DNA of 64,000 bases from Blepharisma stoltei ATCC 30299 (Eukaryota; Protista; Ciliophora): positions 620,001 to 684,000 of the forward strand of contig CBFDEM010000005.1 in assembly GCA_965603825.1 (NCBI GenBank), in the 5' to 3' direction. Both the position numbers and the translations under genes were made by a program. Below the pieces are notes generated by a model. That model was not told the origin of the DNA. It searched no databases and saw only the letters and a program-made list of their open reading frames with translations. Below, one piece after another: positions 11,806 to 25,500 of the stretch (the stretch's first letter is position 1; each line of letters begins with the position of its first letter).

Positions 11806-12351
11806 ATGCAATCTCAGCAGCCACAGCAGCCTCAGCAGCCTCAGCAGCCTCAGCCTCCACCAAAGAAAGCGCAAAAGCCACGCTACAAATTCACAGAAGA
11901 AAACCTAACTAACAAAGAAAAAGGGCTCCAAAAACTATACCAAGAATGCACCAAATTCCAAATCCAAGGAAACGCAACAGATGATATTAGGAAACTCATG
12001 AACTTATGCAGGGAATGGCATTTCCAATTGGCGCCAAAATTTGAGTTTCAGTATTTCTTACAAAAATGCCAAATATTAGGCCAAAAAGCTCCAATTAGAG
12101 CTTTTATGAGCAGGATTCGAAAAGTTCACAGCGGAGAGATGACTTGGGCAGAAATAGAAAGGCCAACAGAAACTTTTTCAGATCATGAACAAAATGAAAA
12201 TCCTGCAGATCAGCCAGATGAAGGTATTGACTCGTCCTGGAAACAACTTGTTAGCTCAGTCTCAGAAGAGCGAAAAAGAAAACACTCTGAAGAGGAGATA
12301 AATGAAGATCTCAAAATGGCTAAAATCGTAGAAGAAGAGAATTATATTTAA
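11806..12351 (+). CDS. TIPIN: Swi3/Csm3/Tipin replication fork protection protein
   Basis: 'FTEENL...KGL..L', 'DIRKLM..CREWH..LAPKF.F..FL.KC..LG' Swi3 pattern; N-terminal QQP repeat. Confidence 0.72.
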   Translation: MQSQQPQQPQQPQQPQPPPKKAQKPRYKFTEENLTNKEKGLQKLYQECTKFQIQGNATDDIRKLMNLCREWHFQLAPKFEFQYFLQKCQILGQKAPIRAFMSRIRKVHSGEMTWAEIERPTETFSDHEQNENPADQPDEGIDSSWKQLVSSVSEERKRKHSEEEINEDLKMAKIVEEENYI

Positions 12352-12632
12352 TTAACTATGTAATCAGTGTTACTTCTGAAAGTTAGCCGGTATTAATAAT
12401 GGCGCAATTCTGCATAATTGATAAAGAAATTCAATTTGGTTGCCCTTAGCGTAGATAATTATATCCAGTAAGTTCCTGGTTCGGTTCTGTTTCAGATAAA
12501 ATCTTTAAAAGAATTTAATTTTACTAGTTAAGTTATAAGGCATGAGATCTAAATAAAACTCGATTAAAAAACAAATAGAATACTTATAGGATTCTTTAGA
12601 AAATTTCATAAATTTTATATAACTGATTATAT

Positions 12633-12992
12633 ATGTCAAGTTTAAGATCAAGCTCCCAATATGCAAGCAGTTCAAGCAGCAAACCAGGAATAGGTGTTGC
12701 AAAGGATGAGCCTCTAAAGCCACCAGTGATTGATTACATTGATATGCCAAAAGCTCTCTATGAATCTGCCAAAGAAGTTTGTGAAAGTGCAGTGAGACAA
12801 TTAAAGAAAGGGGAAAAGAAACATTTTTACAAATGTGCCAAGCAGATTAAGAAGATTTTAGAAGAGAGGAATAGAGGTTCTTATCATGTAATTATAGGAA
12901 AAGACTTTGGAAGCTTTTTCAGCTATGAAGCAGGGAATTGTGTGCAGCTCTGGGTTAATGATATTTGCTTCTTGATATTCAAGCATGGATAA
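12633..12992 (+). CDS. Dynein light chain type 1 (LC8-family) protein
   Basis: 'IDM', 'AKQIKK.LE', 'YHVIIGKDFGSFFSYE', 'LIFKHG'. Confidence 0.85.
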   Translation: MSSLRSSSQYASSSSSKPGIGVAKDEPLKPPVIDYIDMPKALYESAKEVCESAVRQLKKGEKKHFYKCAKQIKKILEERNRGSYHVIIGKDFGSFFSYEAGNCVQLWVNDICFLIFKHG

Positions 12993-13181
12993 GTCAGATT
13001 AAAATATAATAAAATTAAAAATTATGAAGAAACTTTTTTTATCATCTATACAAATTTTTATAGTAAAATTATTTATTAAGGAATGAAGAATCTGAAAATT
13101 AGCTGCAGAATACGCTCAGCAATATTTTGATATAAGTAATCTGATAAAAGGTAATTATTAATCAAAATAGATACTTATAAA

Positions 13182-13784
13182 ATGTCTTATGGCTGGGTAA
13201 CTGAGAGTGCTTTGCTTCCTAAAAAGTCTAAAGAAATTCCGGTTGACTCAAAATCCTTTATTGGTCTTCAAACACAGATTTTTGAACTTTCACAAGAAAA
13301 AGCAAGTAATTCAAAAATTCCAACTGGGAGATCATTAAAGGAAATATTAATAAGGAAAAAAGTCCAACCACCACCACCAGCAGAAGAATCCAAAGAAGTT
13401 GATAATAGAGTAAACCAAAATTTAATAAGCAGATGTGATATTTATCAAGAAATGAAAACCAAAGGATGTGAAGAAAACGAAAAATTTTTGGTCAATTTTA
13501 ATAAAGATTCTGATTCTTCAGATGAAGATAAGAACACAAATAGCGAATCAAAAAAGGAAAATCCTTTAAACTACGAAAGAGAAACAGCATATAAATCTCA
13601 AAAAATTGTAAAGCAAAGCTATGATCACACGCTAACACAGTTAGAAAAAGACTCACTTCCAGAAGTTCTCAATGAAAAAGAATTGCTAAAGCAGCAGCAA
13701 ATTTTAATAAAGAAAAAGAGACAAGAAAGGCTAGAAGCAAGAAAAGAAAAAGTCAGGAAAATGAAATCTTTTGAAAATGTATAA
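13182..13784 (+). CDS. CCDC174/DUF4078-like coiled-coil protein
   Basis: 'YGWVTESALLPKK' N-terminus, 'IYQEM..KG...FLVNF', C-terminal Lys/Arg coiled coil. Confidence 0.5.
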   Translation: MSYGWVTESALLPKKSKEIPVDSKSFIGLQTQIFELSQEKASNSKIPTGRSLKEILIRKKVQPPPPAEESKEVDNRVNQNLISRCDIYQEMKTKGCEENEKFLVNFNKDSDSSDEDKNTNSESKKENPLNYERETAYKSQKIVKQSYDHTLTQLEKDSLPEVLNEKELLKQQQILIKKKRQERLEARKEKVRKMKSFENV

Positions 13785-13811
13785 GTATTAATTAATAAGA
13801 TTCAAAATAAT

Positions 13812-14633
13812 ATGAGCATTGACCTAAATATAGATGAGCCTAAGCCTCAAGTGGTTTTCGTTTCTGCAGAATCATTAGACGTCCCCATTCCACCAATTCT
13901 TCAGACGCCTTTTTTTGGTGGGAAGCCAAATGGATTCGTTTTTCATTCCCCAAAAAGTGAAAATGCTTCAGCAATTCAAGAACCAGAAGAAACAAACCAA
14001 ACGAATATCCCTCATCCAGTAGTCAAGAGCCCAAAAAAGTGAAATTTGATAAGGACTGAGATCTGTGGAGTTGGAATCATAATTAAAGGATATGGAATCC
14101 CTGAAAAAAATACTAAATCTATTATTGCTGAAACTGAGTATACTTATGATTTGCTTGTGAATAGAAAATGTTTTTCATGTATTAAGTACCCTATACCCAC
14201 TAATTTGGACTATAAAATAGATTATGATAGCAACTCTGAAATTGCATTTAAAGTAAAAGAAGAAACAATATACACATTTTGTAAAAATTTGTCTAATTCT
14301 GTGGAGTGATATATGAGCAAGGTCAATTTTATGCGAATGCTAATGACTATAATTATGATTTCAGCATTTATTTTGTCGATTTTTGGAATTATTTTAATTG
14401 CTGCACTGCTGGAAGATTATAGACAAATTTGTGTGGTTTTGTTAATTTTACCCCCGATTGCAATTGTTTTCTATGCATATGTTGTACGATCATATGTAAG
14501 AAAACTTCGGAAACTTATGGAACATAACATTATTATTAATTCTCAAGAATTGAATCGACAGGGAATTAATGTAGAGTTAGGGAAAAATTGTATATTTATC
14601 AAATTTTCATTAGAACTTCCTATGGCACTGTAA
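13812..14633 (+). CDS. Hypothetical protein with two C-terminal TM helices
   Basis: Three same-frame ORFs joined by TGA at 14040 and 14307; ends TAA. Confidence 0.65.
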
Positions 14634-14792
14634 TTATGTGATCCAATTTTAAGAATAAAAGCTTTTAGTCTTAATTTAATTGTAATATACAAGCTCAAAA
14701 TTGGATAAAGACGCCAAATTGCCAAAACCGCATAATTTTGCATAATAAATTCCACAATCATATTAATGCAATAAATGTTAACTTAAAATGTA

Positions 14793-15207
14793 TTAGTCAA
14801 TAGGTGGGGAATATTTCTAAAGTAAAACTTACATCTAAAAGAGCTGGGTCTTCACCATCTGCAGTCATTTTGTGCTTAACTGCAGGCCTTGGGACACCAA
14901 CATCGACCATTCTTACATATTTCTTCAAATTTTCAGGAACTTCTTCTTTTTGTGGCTGTTGCTCTTCTTGTTGTGCTGGTACACCTGGTTCCACAGGCTT
15001 TGGAGGTGGTTGAAGTTGTTCAGCTGGAATGTAGTTCAGTTTATACTCAAGAATTGCGGCTAAAGCTTCTATTTTTTCAATTTGATGATTCACTTGACTC
15101 AGTTTATTATGAGCTTCGGTGCAGAAATGGTTCAAGAATTCGCTTGTCATTATAGCAAAAGCATTCACGACTGCAATTAACTTTTTCGGTTCAATTGCTT
15201 CTCCCAT
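14793..15207 (-). CDS. WASHC3: WASH complex subunit 3 (CCDC53)
   Basis: 'VNAF...SEFLNHFC...KL', 'ILEYKL..IP', 'KYVRMVDVGVPRPAVKHKM..DGEDPALLD'; ends KYSPPID-TAA after a 16-nt intron. Confidence 0.85.
14817..14832 (-). other. 16-nt intron
   Basis: GTAAGTTTTACTTTAG; splicing gives a TAA stop, while the unspliced frame meets only TGA. Confidence 0.7.
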
Positions 15208-15220
15208 TTTATTATGCTAA

Positions 15221-17055
<1,835 letters not shown>

Positions 17056-17097
17056 TATTAATTTTAATATATTATAAGAATTGCTAAAATAAAGGAC

Positions 17098-17913
17098 TTA
17101 GTAAGGAGATGTTTCCCTTGTGCCGTCATTATGAGTGCTTTCAGTTTGGTTTATTATTCCAGAATTTCCAGTTTGGTTTATTATTTCAGGATTTCCATAT
17201 ATTACATCTATTTTACTTGCAAAATGTGGGCAATGATAAAACGGAAATCTTGATAGATTAAGTAGCCTGGAGCGTTGTTCATCTTGATGAATAATCATTT
17301 CAGCATGATAAATAACTGAGTAATACCCATCCTCATAAAATAAGCACAGGAGAGGGCCACTTTTGCCATTAAGCCTTTCAAAATAATCATGCTCTTCTCT
17401 TTTTATTAATAATATGTGAACTTTCATAAAATTTGCAAAATGAGTTAAATAAAAAGCTTTATCAGATATAACAAACTCATCGTTTCTTACAATGGACTCT
17501 TGTTCACTTTTCCAAAACTTCATGCAAGTAGCAAACAAACATCTCATCCCGAACTCCATAGCTTCTGCTCCTCTGTAATCGTTGTTTTCCATATAGCTTT
17601 TTAATCATGATAAGCTTAACTTAGATCTTTCATTAAGTAGTATGCTTACCATTTCTCGATATCTGGAATGAAGTTCAGGGTTTAAATAGATATATTGTTC
17701 AGATAATTTAGTGTATTTAGCGAAAGCTTCAAATGTGTATTTTAATAGGCTTTCTTCATTTCTTAATCTCAATATACAACCAAAATAAGCAGCTCCGATT
17801 GCAAGATAAAACGAACTTTGTCGTGGCTCTGCTTTAGAGATCCACTGAAAGTTACCAAACTGACCTGGAAGGCTAATAGGTGTTCATTCGCAAAGTCTTA
17901 TTTGGTTTTCCAT
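17098..17913 (-). CDS. Divergent otubain (peptidase C65)-like protein, probably catalytically inactive
   Basis: Frame open from ATG 17913 with TGA at 17884 and 17605; 'QSSFYLAIGAAYF' resembles GNCFYRAF; 'LFYEDGYYSVIY' resembles LLYRPGHYDILY. Confidence 0.5.
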
Positions 17914-18650
17914 AATAAAATTTATAATAGTTTGTCCCATAATTAAACAATGAAAATAAGTAAATAAAAAGCTTTCAATGGACATCTAAATACATTTCAC
18001 AAACATGTTTCATAGAGTCCTCAAAGATTCTTTAGTCTGCGGGAGTCTCTGATACTAAATAATTCGTTTCTACTTGTCGGTCCTAAACTCTTGTTTGGGT
18101 TCCACGTATGAAACAAACATTCGCTATAATTCAGGCTCTTTAAGCGATCTCTAGCTTTTGAAAAAAAATCACTTTTATTATTTAATACTTATAAGAATGT
18201 TTCTAAAATAAATACAATTTTCTTGCAGTATACAATAATTTTTTGAAGTATAGCTATTTATCGAAATATTAGAGTTTTATAGAATCTCAAATAAACAGAA
18301 TCAAGCAAGGACTATGAAGAAATATCAAGATCAAATTTAATTTTGATTTCTTTATTGTTCTAATTCATATTAAGACGAAAAAATAGCATCCACACTTCAT
18401 GGGCAAATAAATTTCTAGTTCTATCATAATTTTCATTAAATCTCTACTTTTTTGACAATAATGCAACTTTTCAAACCTCATTATTTTTTATTGTCAAAAA
18501 TAATTTATTTCCAAAATACCCATAAAACCACTTTTTAAGTAATATTAAGTTCAATAGCACCTCAGCAGTCTCCCGAATACCTTATCTTGCTTCAGAACCC
18601 TCCACAATCCAGCCTTATCAAACTCTAACTTGAGAAAATGGCCATAATTT

Positions 18651-19016
18651 ATGGCTAAAGGAGACAAAGACAAGTCAGACAAGACACCTTCAAAGAAGGT
18701 TTCCCTTCTTGCCAAACCATCAAACGCAAGCGGTGGCGGAAAAGCAAAAAAGAAAAAGTGGTCCAAGGCCAAAGTCAAGGATAAGACTACCAATTCAGTC
18801 TACTTTGATCAAGAAGCATTCGACAAACTTACGAACGAAATCCCAGCCAAAACAAAACTTATCACACCATCAGTCTTGTCTGACAAGCTGAATATTAACC
18901 TCTCTCTCGCAAGGCATGCATTATCAGAACTTGAAGCCAGAGGAGTCCTCAAAGCTGTTGGAGATTTGCATCACGCACAAAAAATCTATACTCGTGCAGC
19001 TCAAGAAGTAGCTTAA
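18651..19016 (+). CDS. RPS25: 40S ribosomal protein eS25
   Basis: '[17 protein letters not shown]', '[18 protein letters not shown]', 'H.AQ.IYTRA'. Confidence 0.95.
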   Translation: MAKGDKDKSDKTPSKKVSLLAKPSNASGGGKAKKKKWSKAKVKDKTTNSVYFDQEAFDKLTNEIPAKTKLITPSVLSDKLNINLSLARHALSELEARGVLKAVGDLHHAQKIYTRAAQEVA

Positions 19017-19139
19017 GATTAAGAAAAATTTGACTTCAATTATGATTCAGAGGCTTGTTTTAATTCTTGATAAAAATTAAATTTCACAATAAATCTGCTA
19101 TATTAAAGCAAATAATAGTGAATTATAGTTAGATGATTA

Positions 19140-19769
19140 TTAGCAGCACGCTTGCTTCTCTTTTTTCTCTTTCTTTTTGCTTAAATCAATTGGTGGTTTA
19201 TACTCTGAAGTTTCTGTTTTTATTTGTGATAATGCATTTCTTGCAATCATCATAAAAGCATCGTCAACATTGACAGCATCCTTGGCTGAGGTCTCAAAGA
19301 ATGGCATGTTCCCTGTATCCCTACACCATTGGCTAGCCCTTGCATTTGGCACTTTTCTTTCATCTTCTTTGTCAACTTTATTTCCTAGCACCACAAATGG
19401 GAAATTTTCAGCATCTCTAGCATTGGACTGAGACAAAAATTCTTCTTTCCATGACCCAAGTGATTCAAAGCTTTTACTTGATGTTATGTCATAGACCAGC
19501 ACACAGCAGTCAGATCCACGGTAAAACGCAGTTCCAAGGCTCTGAAACCTCTCTTGGCCTGCTGTGTCCCAGATTTGAAGAGTGACCAGTTTGTCGTCAA
19601 TCATGATTTCTTTTGTTAAGAAGTCAGCACCGATCGTAGCTTTGTATTGCTGAGTAAACCTTTTGTTAACATATTGGTTCATGAGCGAAGTCTTGCCAAC
19701 ACTAAGTAAAGATTACGCTGAGTCTCCGAGGATGATTACTTTGAGTAGGTGCTTTCTTCCAGATGCCAT
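19140..19769 (-). CDS. RAB7: Rab7 GTPase
   Basis: [29 protein letters not shown] after intron removal; '[13 protein letters not shown]', '[13 protein letters not shown]', 'FPFVVLGNK', C-terminal CC. Confidence 0.96.
19702..19716 (-). other. 15-nt intron
   Basis: GTAATCTTTACTTAG inside the P-loop; removal restores GDSAVGKT. Confidence 0.95.
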
Positions 19770-20361
19770 TTTTTATATTCACCTATAAAATGAGCATTCG
19801 GAGAGCTCAATTATAAATATCAACTACATTTATTATAATTTAAGTAAATATACTAATTATTTGTTTAATTGTGATTTTATTAAAGAAATTAAGCATGATT
19901 ATAAAAGTATTTCAAATAATTAGTTATAATATTAAAAGCCATTTGTAACTTATTTGCAATAGAATGGGGTATGTTGTCAAAGCTTGATCTGATTTGATAG
20001 GATCTAAAGAGAGCACCTAGATAAGTTTTTCAATAATAATTAGTAGGCATTTTATTTTGGAGTTTTCATAGTTTTATCGTTTTTTAATTGAAAATAGAGA
20101 GTTTCTTTAATCAGTCTATTCCTAAGATACTCAAGAGGTCTATGGATGCAAAGGATACTTTCAACGAGGATATATGGCCCAAAAATAGTTGTTTTTTATA
20201 TTCTTAATTCCTATATGAAACTATATCAATATGATTTTGGTGGATTGTTTATGATAAATAAACAGCCATGCAGCTATTCATGAATCCATTTTTTAAAGAA
20301 TTCATGAAAAATTAAATAGCCCTCCACTTAAATTATTTTTGAAACATTAATTTCAGTTGGA

Positions 20362-21021
20362 TTATGAATCAAGAGGATAATAATCTTTATTAACTGTGGT
20401 GTTACATAAATTGATTGTTCCTGTATATTGCTTTAAGGTGACTGTAGTAAAACCTCCAAAAGGTTGCCAACTGTTCGTATTAGGCTTGTCATCATGCTGA
20501 ATGTTCCATAAAAAGAAGTTTTTGGCTCCTGTCCAAGATGCGCCTACAATGGCATTTCAGTCCAGAATAGATGTATAGACTCCAGGAATATTTCCAGTTT
20601 GTGAAATTTTGCTCATCATTGATAAAATAAAAGATTGATTATAGCTTTGACTTTTATTTCATGCATATTGAGTTACTTGGACTCATATATTAAGACTTCT
20701 ATGCAGTGGTACAAGTGAGCTAATTGCATCCCATAATTCTTGTACTTGGCCTGATGGATTTCCACAAGGTACACAAGGAAACATATAAACATCTACAAGA
20801 TACATCCCTGCAGCTAAAGCATTTTTCATGCTAGAAACTACATTTGGATCTACAGCACCATAAGATGTATATCCTCGAAGTATTGTACCGGAATATCCTT
20901 GTTTTATTAGGCACTCAAAAGAGCTCTGACTGGTAAGAGCTGAGGTATCTATTTCAAGGAAATCAAAAATCCCATAAATTTGGGAAGACAGGAAGAAAGT
21001 TATAAGTTTAAGGATATTCAT
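20362..21021 (-). CDS. GH25-like protist-type lysozyme
   Basis: 'FECL...GY...ILRGY.SYGAVDPN', 'VDVYMFPC..CG', 'GVYTS...[W]..IVG', 'PFGGF...KQY.GT'; TGA at 20683, 20659, 20557 at expected Trp sites. Confidence 0.85.
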
Positions 21022-21982
21022 TTATTACATAATTAATTCTCCACATGCTAAAAGCTAATAAATATGCAAAAATTCTATATGATTTTGCAATTCTTTGTTG
21101 ACCAAAATAAGACAATAAAAATGCTAGAAAGCCAAAAATGCGCAAAGTTATATCAAAATCTGCCAAAAGCCTTTAATATCTCGCAAAATTTCGAAACACA
21201 AAATTAAAAGGGAAATTTAAAATTTATATTCCAGCAAGTGTCTATTTTGTATTTATTTTAAAATTTATCACAGTTGATATAATAATATTATAGTTTTCTG
21301 AGGATAATATGACCAATTTAAGGATTATCACCTGTAAATTTTTATAGTGATATTATATTAAGTGTTGCGCATAGTATTAATTCAAGTAGTCAGGAAAATG
21401 TCAGGGGAGTGATAGATAATTAAGAATAATCCATTTTCTGCGAAATTGAGGTAATTCGCGTAAATGGAAAATGATGAATCAAATCCTCTTTCAGAAAACA
21501 GTTTAAAGTTATTTTTAGAGCAAAGCTATACGACTAAGCGAACTACAATCTAGATTAACGGGTTTTATGCAAAGATTAATCATTTCTCATATTATTTTAA
21601 GAAAACTCCTGTAAAACCTTCAAACCCTCTTCAATTGTCGAAATTAGGAATGCCATCATGCTGATCTTTGATCTTAATAGTTTTAAAATATCTTTTAATT
21701 TTCACATAATGATGCAATTTAATAGCATACAAAATGATTGATGTTAAATATAATAGAGATATTCAATGATTATAATTTATTTCAATTTTATAAGCCAATA
21801 CTTGTCTAAAAGAAAATTACTTTAATTAAATATCTAATATTAAATATTTACTATAGGCAAGTTTAATATAAAACTAAAAGCTATTTTCATTAGTCGACTC
21901 TTATTTCTACCCAACTTTTGGTCTCAACAATCATTTAAATTTAAAAATGTTATACTACCATCACTTATAAAAATTTATTATC

Positions 21983-22780
21983 TTACTTATAATTTTCAAG
22001 CGGAATTACAAAATCTTTGCTTTCTGTTGATAAATTTTCTAACTGCTCAGCCTCAATTTTTTTTCTCATAATTAGTCTATCTAATGCTTGTCCAGGTAAA
22101 TCCAAAGAGTCTAGCTCTTGTTTTTCCTGGTTTAACAAAGACTTTACTCTATTTTTAATAGAACTTTCAGTTCGAGTGTTGAGCTCTTTTGCAATGAGGC
22201 TTCATCTGTTCCCTAATTTCTTATGAGCTTCCAGCAGCATTAAATCTTCTACAGGAGTTCAAATTCCTCGGTTAATCTGAGGGTTCAAATGGTTATTCCA
22301 TCTCTCTTTGCACTGCTTCCCTGTCCTAATTTTGATTCCTTTATGCAACTCATTATTCAGTATATTAGCCAGCTCTCCTCATTTTTTCTTACCAGTACCC
22401 AAAAGCTGTTTTAACCGTTCATCTTCGGGCTCAGATCAAATTCCAGGTCGCAAAGTCCCACTTGTTATTACCTCATGAATTTTGCTCATGCATTGCTTTG
22501 GAGGTTTATTAACATATTTTGCGATTTCGTTATAATCATTATAGTCCAACTTGTCGATTTCTTTTCCTGTTCTGATGCAAAAATCCCGGGTCGTTGAGTA
22601 TAGAAGCTCAACTTCTTTCCGTTTTCAAGTTCTGTTGTATTTTGTTTTTTTCAATGGAGATTCAGTATCTGTTTTTTCGAGAGAATTCGGGAGATAAATC
22701 CATGGCATAAGGCACATAGGATTTACCGAAGTAAAGGCAAGGTTAGGAAATGGGAGATGAAATTTTGTTTCACTCTCCAT
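21983..22780 (-). CDS. Myb-family transcription factor (R2R3 plus degenerate N-terminal repeat); absent from the ORF track
   Basis: 'GI[W]SEPEDERL...KK[W]GELA...RTGKQCKERWNNHLNPQINRGI[W]TPVEDLMLL.AHKKLGNR[W]SLIAK.L..RTESSIKNR'; TGA at 22625, 22436, 22379, 22259, 22202. Confidence 0.93.
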
Positions 22781-22936
22781 ATTAATTAATTTAATGGTCA
22801 TACTTTTAATTAATTTGTTTTATAACTTCTGATAAAGAATTTCATGGATTATTTTTTTTTAAAATAATACTATGATCCAGCATGGTATCAGTATTTTTAG
22901 TGAATTTTTTTTAGTTATAAATAATTTCAAAATAAT

Positions 22937-24196
22937 TTATCCTGACAGTTCTATTGAGTTTTTCCAAAATACTGCAGAAGCAGCTATTTTTACAAAAAAG
23001 TTGATTAAAGTGAGGCCCGCACCTAGCCTTTTTATTGGCCCTTCTAAGCTCTCATCCATTCAGTGTGAGAAAAATAAAAACATCCATAAGATATCATAAA
23101 TTTCAGAAAATAATATTGCGTATACTATATTTTTATAGGTTTTATCAGTCCATGCTTCCGTCAAAAAATATAATAAAGCCGTAATTCCTACCATCAAATT
23201 TAAAAAATCCGATCTAATAAACATAATAAGCACACTCATAAACATTATTCAATAAATTGACAATTTTGTTGGGATATCCCACGACACAGGTTGTCCTAAA
23301 TTTCTCCCATAAAATTCATTATCCCTCCCCATTGCTATTCTAGCTGACTCAGCAAAAGGGCTCTTCATCTTATCTAAATTTAATTTTAAAATTTCAAATT
23401 CTTGTCTATCAAGTTCAACATTTTCTTCTAGCTGCCTAGCCACATCTTCCATATATTTTGCTGTGCTTCATATCCATTGCAGCCTTAATTTTATTTTTCC
23501 TCCATTCCATTCTCCATTTTTATTGGTGAGCTCTAATTCTTGTTCAGCTTTCATCTGATCTCTAAGTGCTGATAAAGGAATTTTTACTTGACTAATAAAG
23601 CTATTTTTCTCATAAATTTCTAGATCTAGTGTCCCAGTTCCTTTTGTGATAGAAAATGTAAATGCTTCATTCCAAAATCAGCTAGGATTTTCTTGAGTTT
23701 TAATTTCTTGGCTTTCACACTGAAGCTTTATATATAAATTTGTATTTGGTCTTTTTGTTAAATTTGTGCCTTGGAAAACATAGACTGTTAGCACGCTTCC
23801 GTTCATTAGTCCTTGGGAGTTATATGTTTCTGTAGCTTTGGATGTGACTATTTTCTTGCGAGTTTCTTCAAGTTTTAAATAAGCTGATTTCATTTGAGAT
23901 TGCAAAGTTTCTAAATGACTTTCTATGTTAAATTGGGAATCTATATAAAAAATTAGGAATTTCTCTAATGTAAATTCAGCGTTTCCGTAATCTTTACTAA
24001 AATCGTTTACCAAGTTTTCCGATAATTCTTCATCAATAAATTTAGGTAGCAGAGATTGAAGGTCTGACACTGTTAGCCTTGAAGCACGATTTAAGCCTAA
24101 TGATTGGAAATGAGAAAGATATTTGACTAGAAGAGACTCTCGCTCTGTTTGTTTGGAGCTTGATGAAAGAGATGGACGAATTTCTCGTGCACTCAT
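22937..24196 (-). CDS. C2-domain coiled-coil protein with C-terminal TM helices
   Basis: 'LTVYVFQGTNL...YIKL.C...NP..FWNEAFTF...GKIKLRLQW' C2 fold; TGA at 23678, 23468, 23249, 23060; ends TAA. Confidence 0.75.
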
Positions 24197-25500
24197 TTTG
24201 GAATTATTATATTAAATTATTCTAAAAATTGATAAAGTGAGTTAGGTAGTAGAAAGCCTGTGCTTATTTTATAACAGTTGGAATAATTTTTTGATTAAAA
24301 ATATTTACTAAATCCAAATTTTTCAATATCTCAAACTTAATTTCGGTTGACGTTAATAACGTATATAAAAATTACACAAATAATGCTATTTCTTTTAGCA
24401 CTACTCCCTCTTATATCAGCAACAAATTTTCTCGACCATTCAAGCGGAAAACAATCATTTTGGGATTCTTTTGGAGACTGACTATTACAATATCCTATGA
24501 TCGGCTCATTTTCATCAATTTTTATTTTATTTTTGTTTTTTGCTCTCTATATTCACTGCAGAAAGCGATTACAAGAGAATAGCGGAGTAAGGACACTTAT
24601 AAAATCGAGGAGACTAAATTCAAAAGAGACTAAGCCTTTTAAATTATAAGACTGCTTATAAATAGGAATTTCTTTTAATTAGATATAAACGTAGCAAGAG
24701 AATTTTAATGAGTTTTATTGATAAGAATTTGTATTATTTTTATATAACTCATATTCTCATATTTTTGGTATGTTTTTTCCATTGAGATATTTAGAAGATT
24801 AAAATCTATTTAATTTGCTTGCCTTGCATTGATTCTTATACTTTTTGAAGATCTTGTGATTATTCCTCTAGGCATAAATCCTAGCTGACTTATCATTCCA
24901 TGCATTTTCAATGGCTTATAGACTCTCAGAGCCATGGATATAGAGGGTTATAATCATTATATCCATCAAAATATTTTTAAAATCATATTTTAGCTATTGC
25001 ATTATCTTAGCTCATCATTTTAGAGTAATAAAATGTGATTTAGTTTTTTTGTTCGAATGTACTTAACGTGATATTCTCAAGGAAAGCATTTTTCTTTAAA
25101 CATATTATTAGTTAAAGAAAAATTAATCAACAGAACATTTTTTCTAGCTGCATTACAGGCGCAGTTAATTTTAAGGAAAGCTTTATAATATTTTAAATAT
25201 CAATCTGCATTCAATTTTCATAGTTAGATATAATTACTTCCTGAAAACCGATTTTTTGATTTAAAATTGGGCATTTTCTTTATATTTTGAGTGCTTCATC
25301 AAAATATATTTGTTTTAAAACGATATTATTATGAAATGCAACACTTTCATCTATAAGTACGAAAATGCGTTTAATTTATCATTATATTTGGATAACTTTT
25401 GTTCTTATATAAAATTAAATAGTCATAAAATAAATTTCGCGTTTGCCCTGAAATTTTTTCCCTTTTTACTTTTAATGTCCCCGCCTAATAATTTCAAAAA

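Noticed and set aside
11815-11856. CAGCAGCCT tandem repeats, and the RD/RE repeats at 49480-49645
   Set aside because: Coding low-complexity repeats, not CRISPR or mobile DNA.
12352-12500. Moderately GC-rich spacer, possible snRNA/snoRNA
   Set aside because: No convincing match to U-snRNA or box C/D motifs by eye; needs an Rfam scan.
24197-25430. Long intergenic regions (also 21022-21982, 41412-42134, 50677-51596) as hidden genes or IESs
   Set aside because: Only short open stretches without a start codon or motif; an IES cannot be delimited without an interrupted gene or read data.
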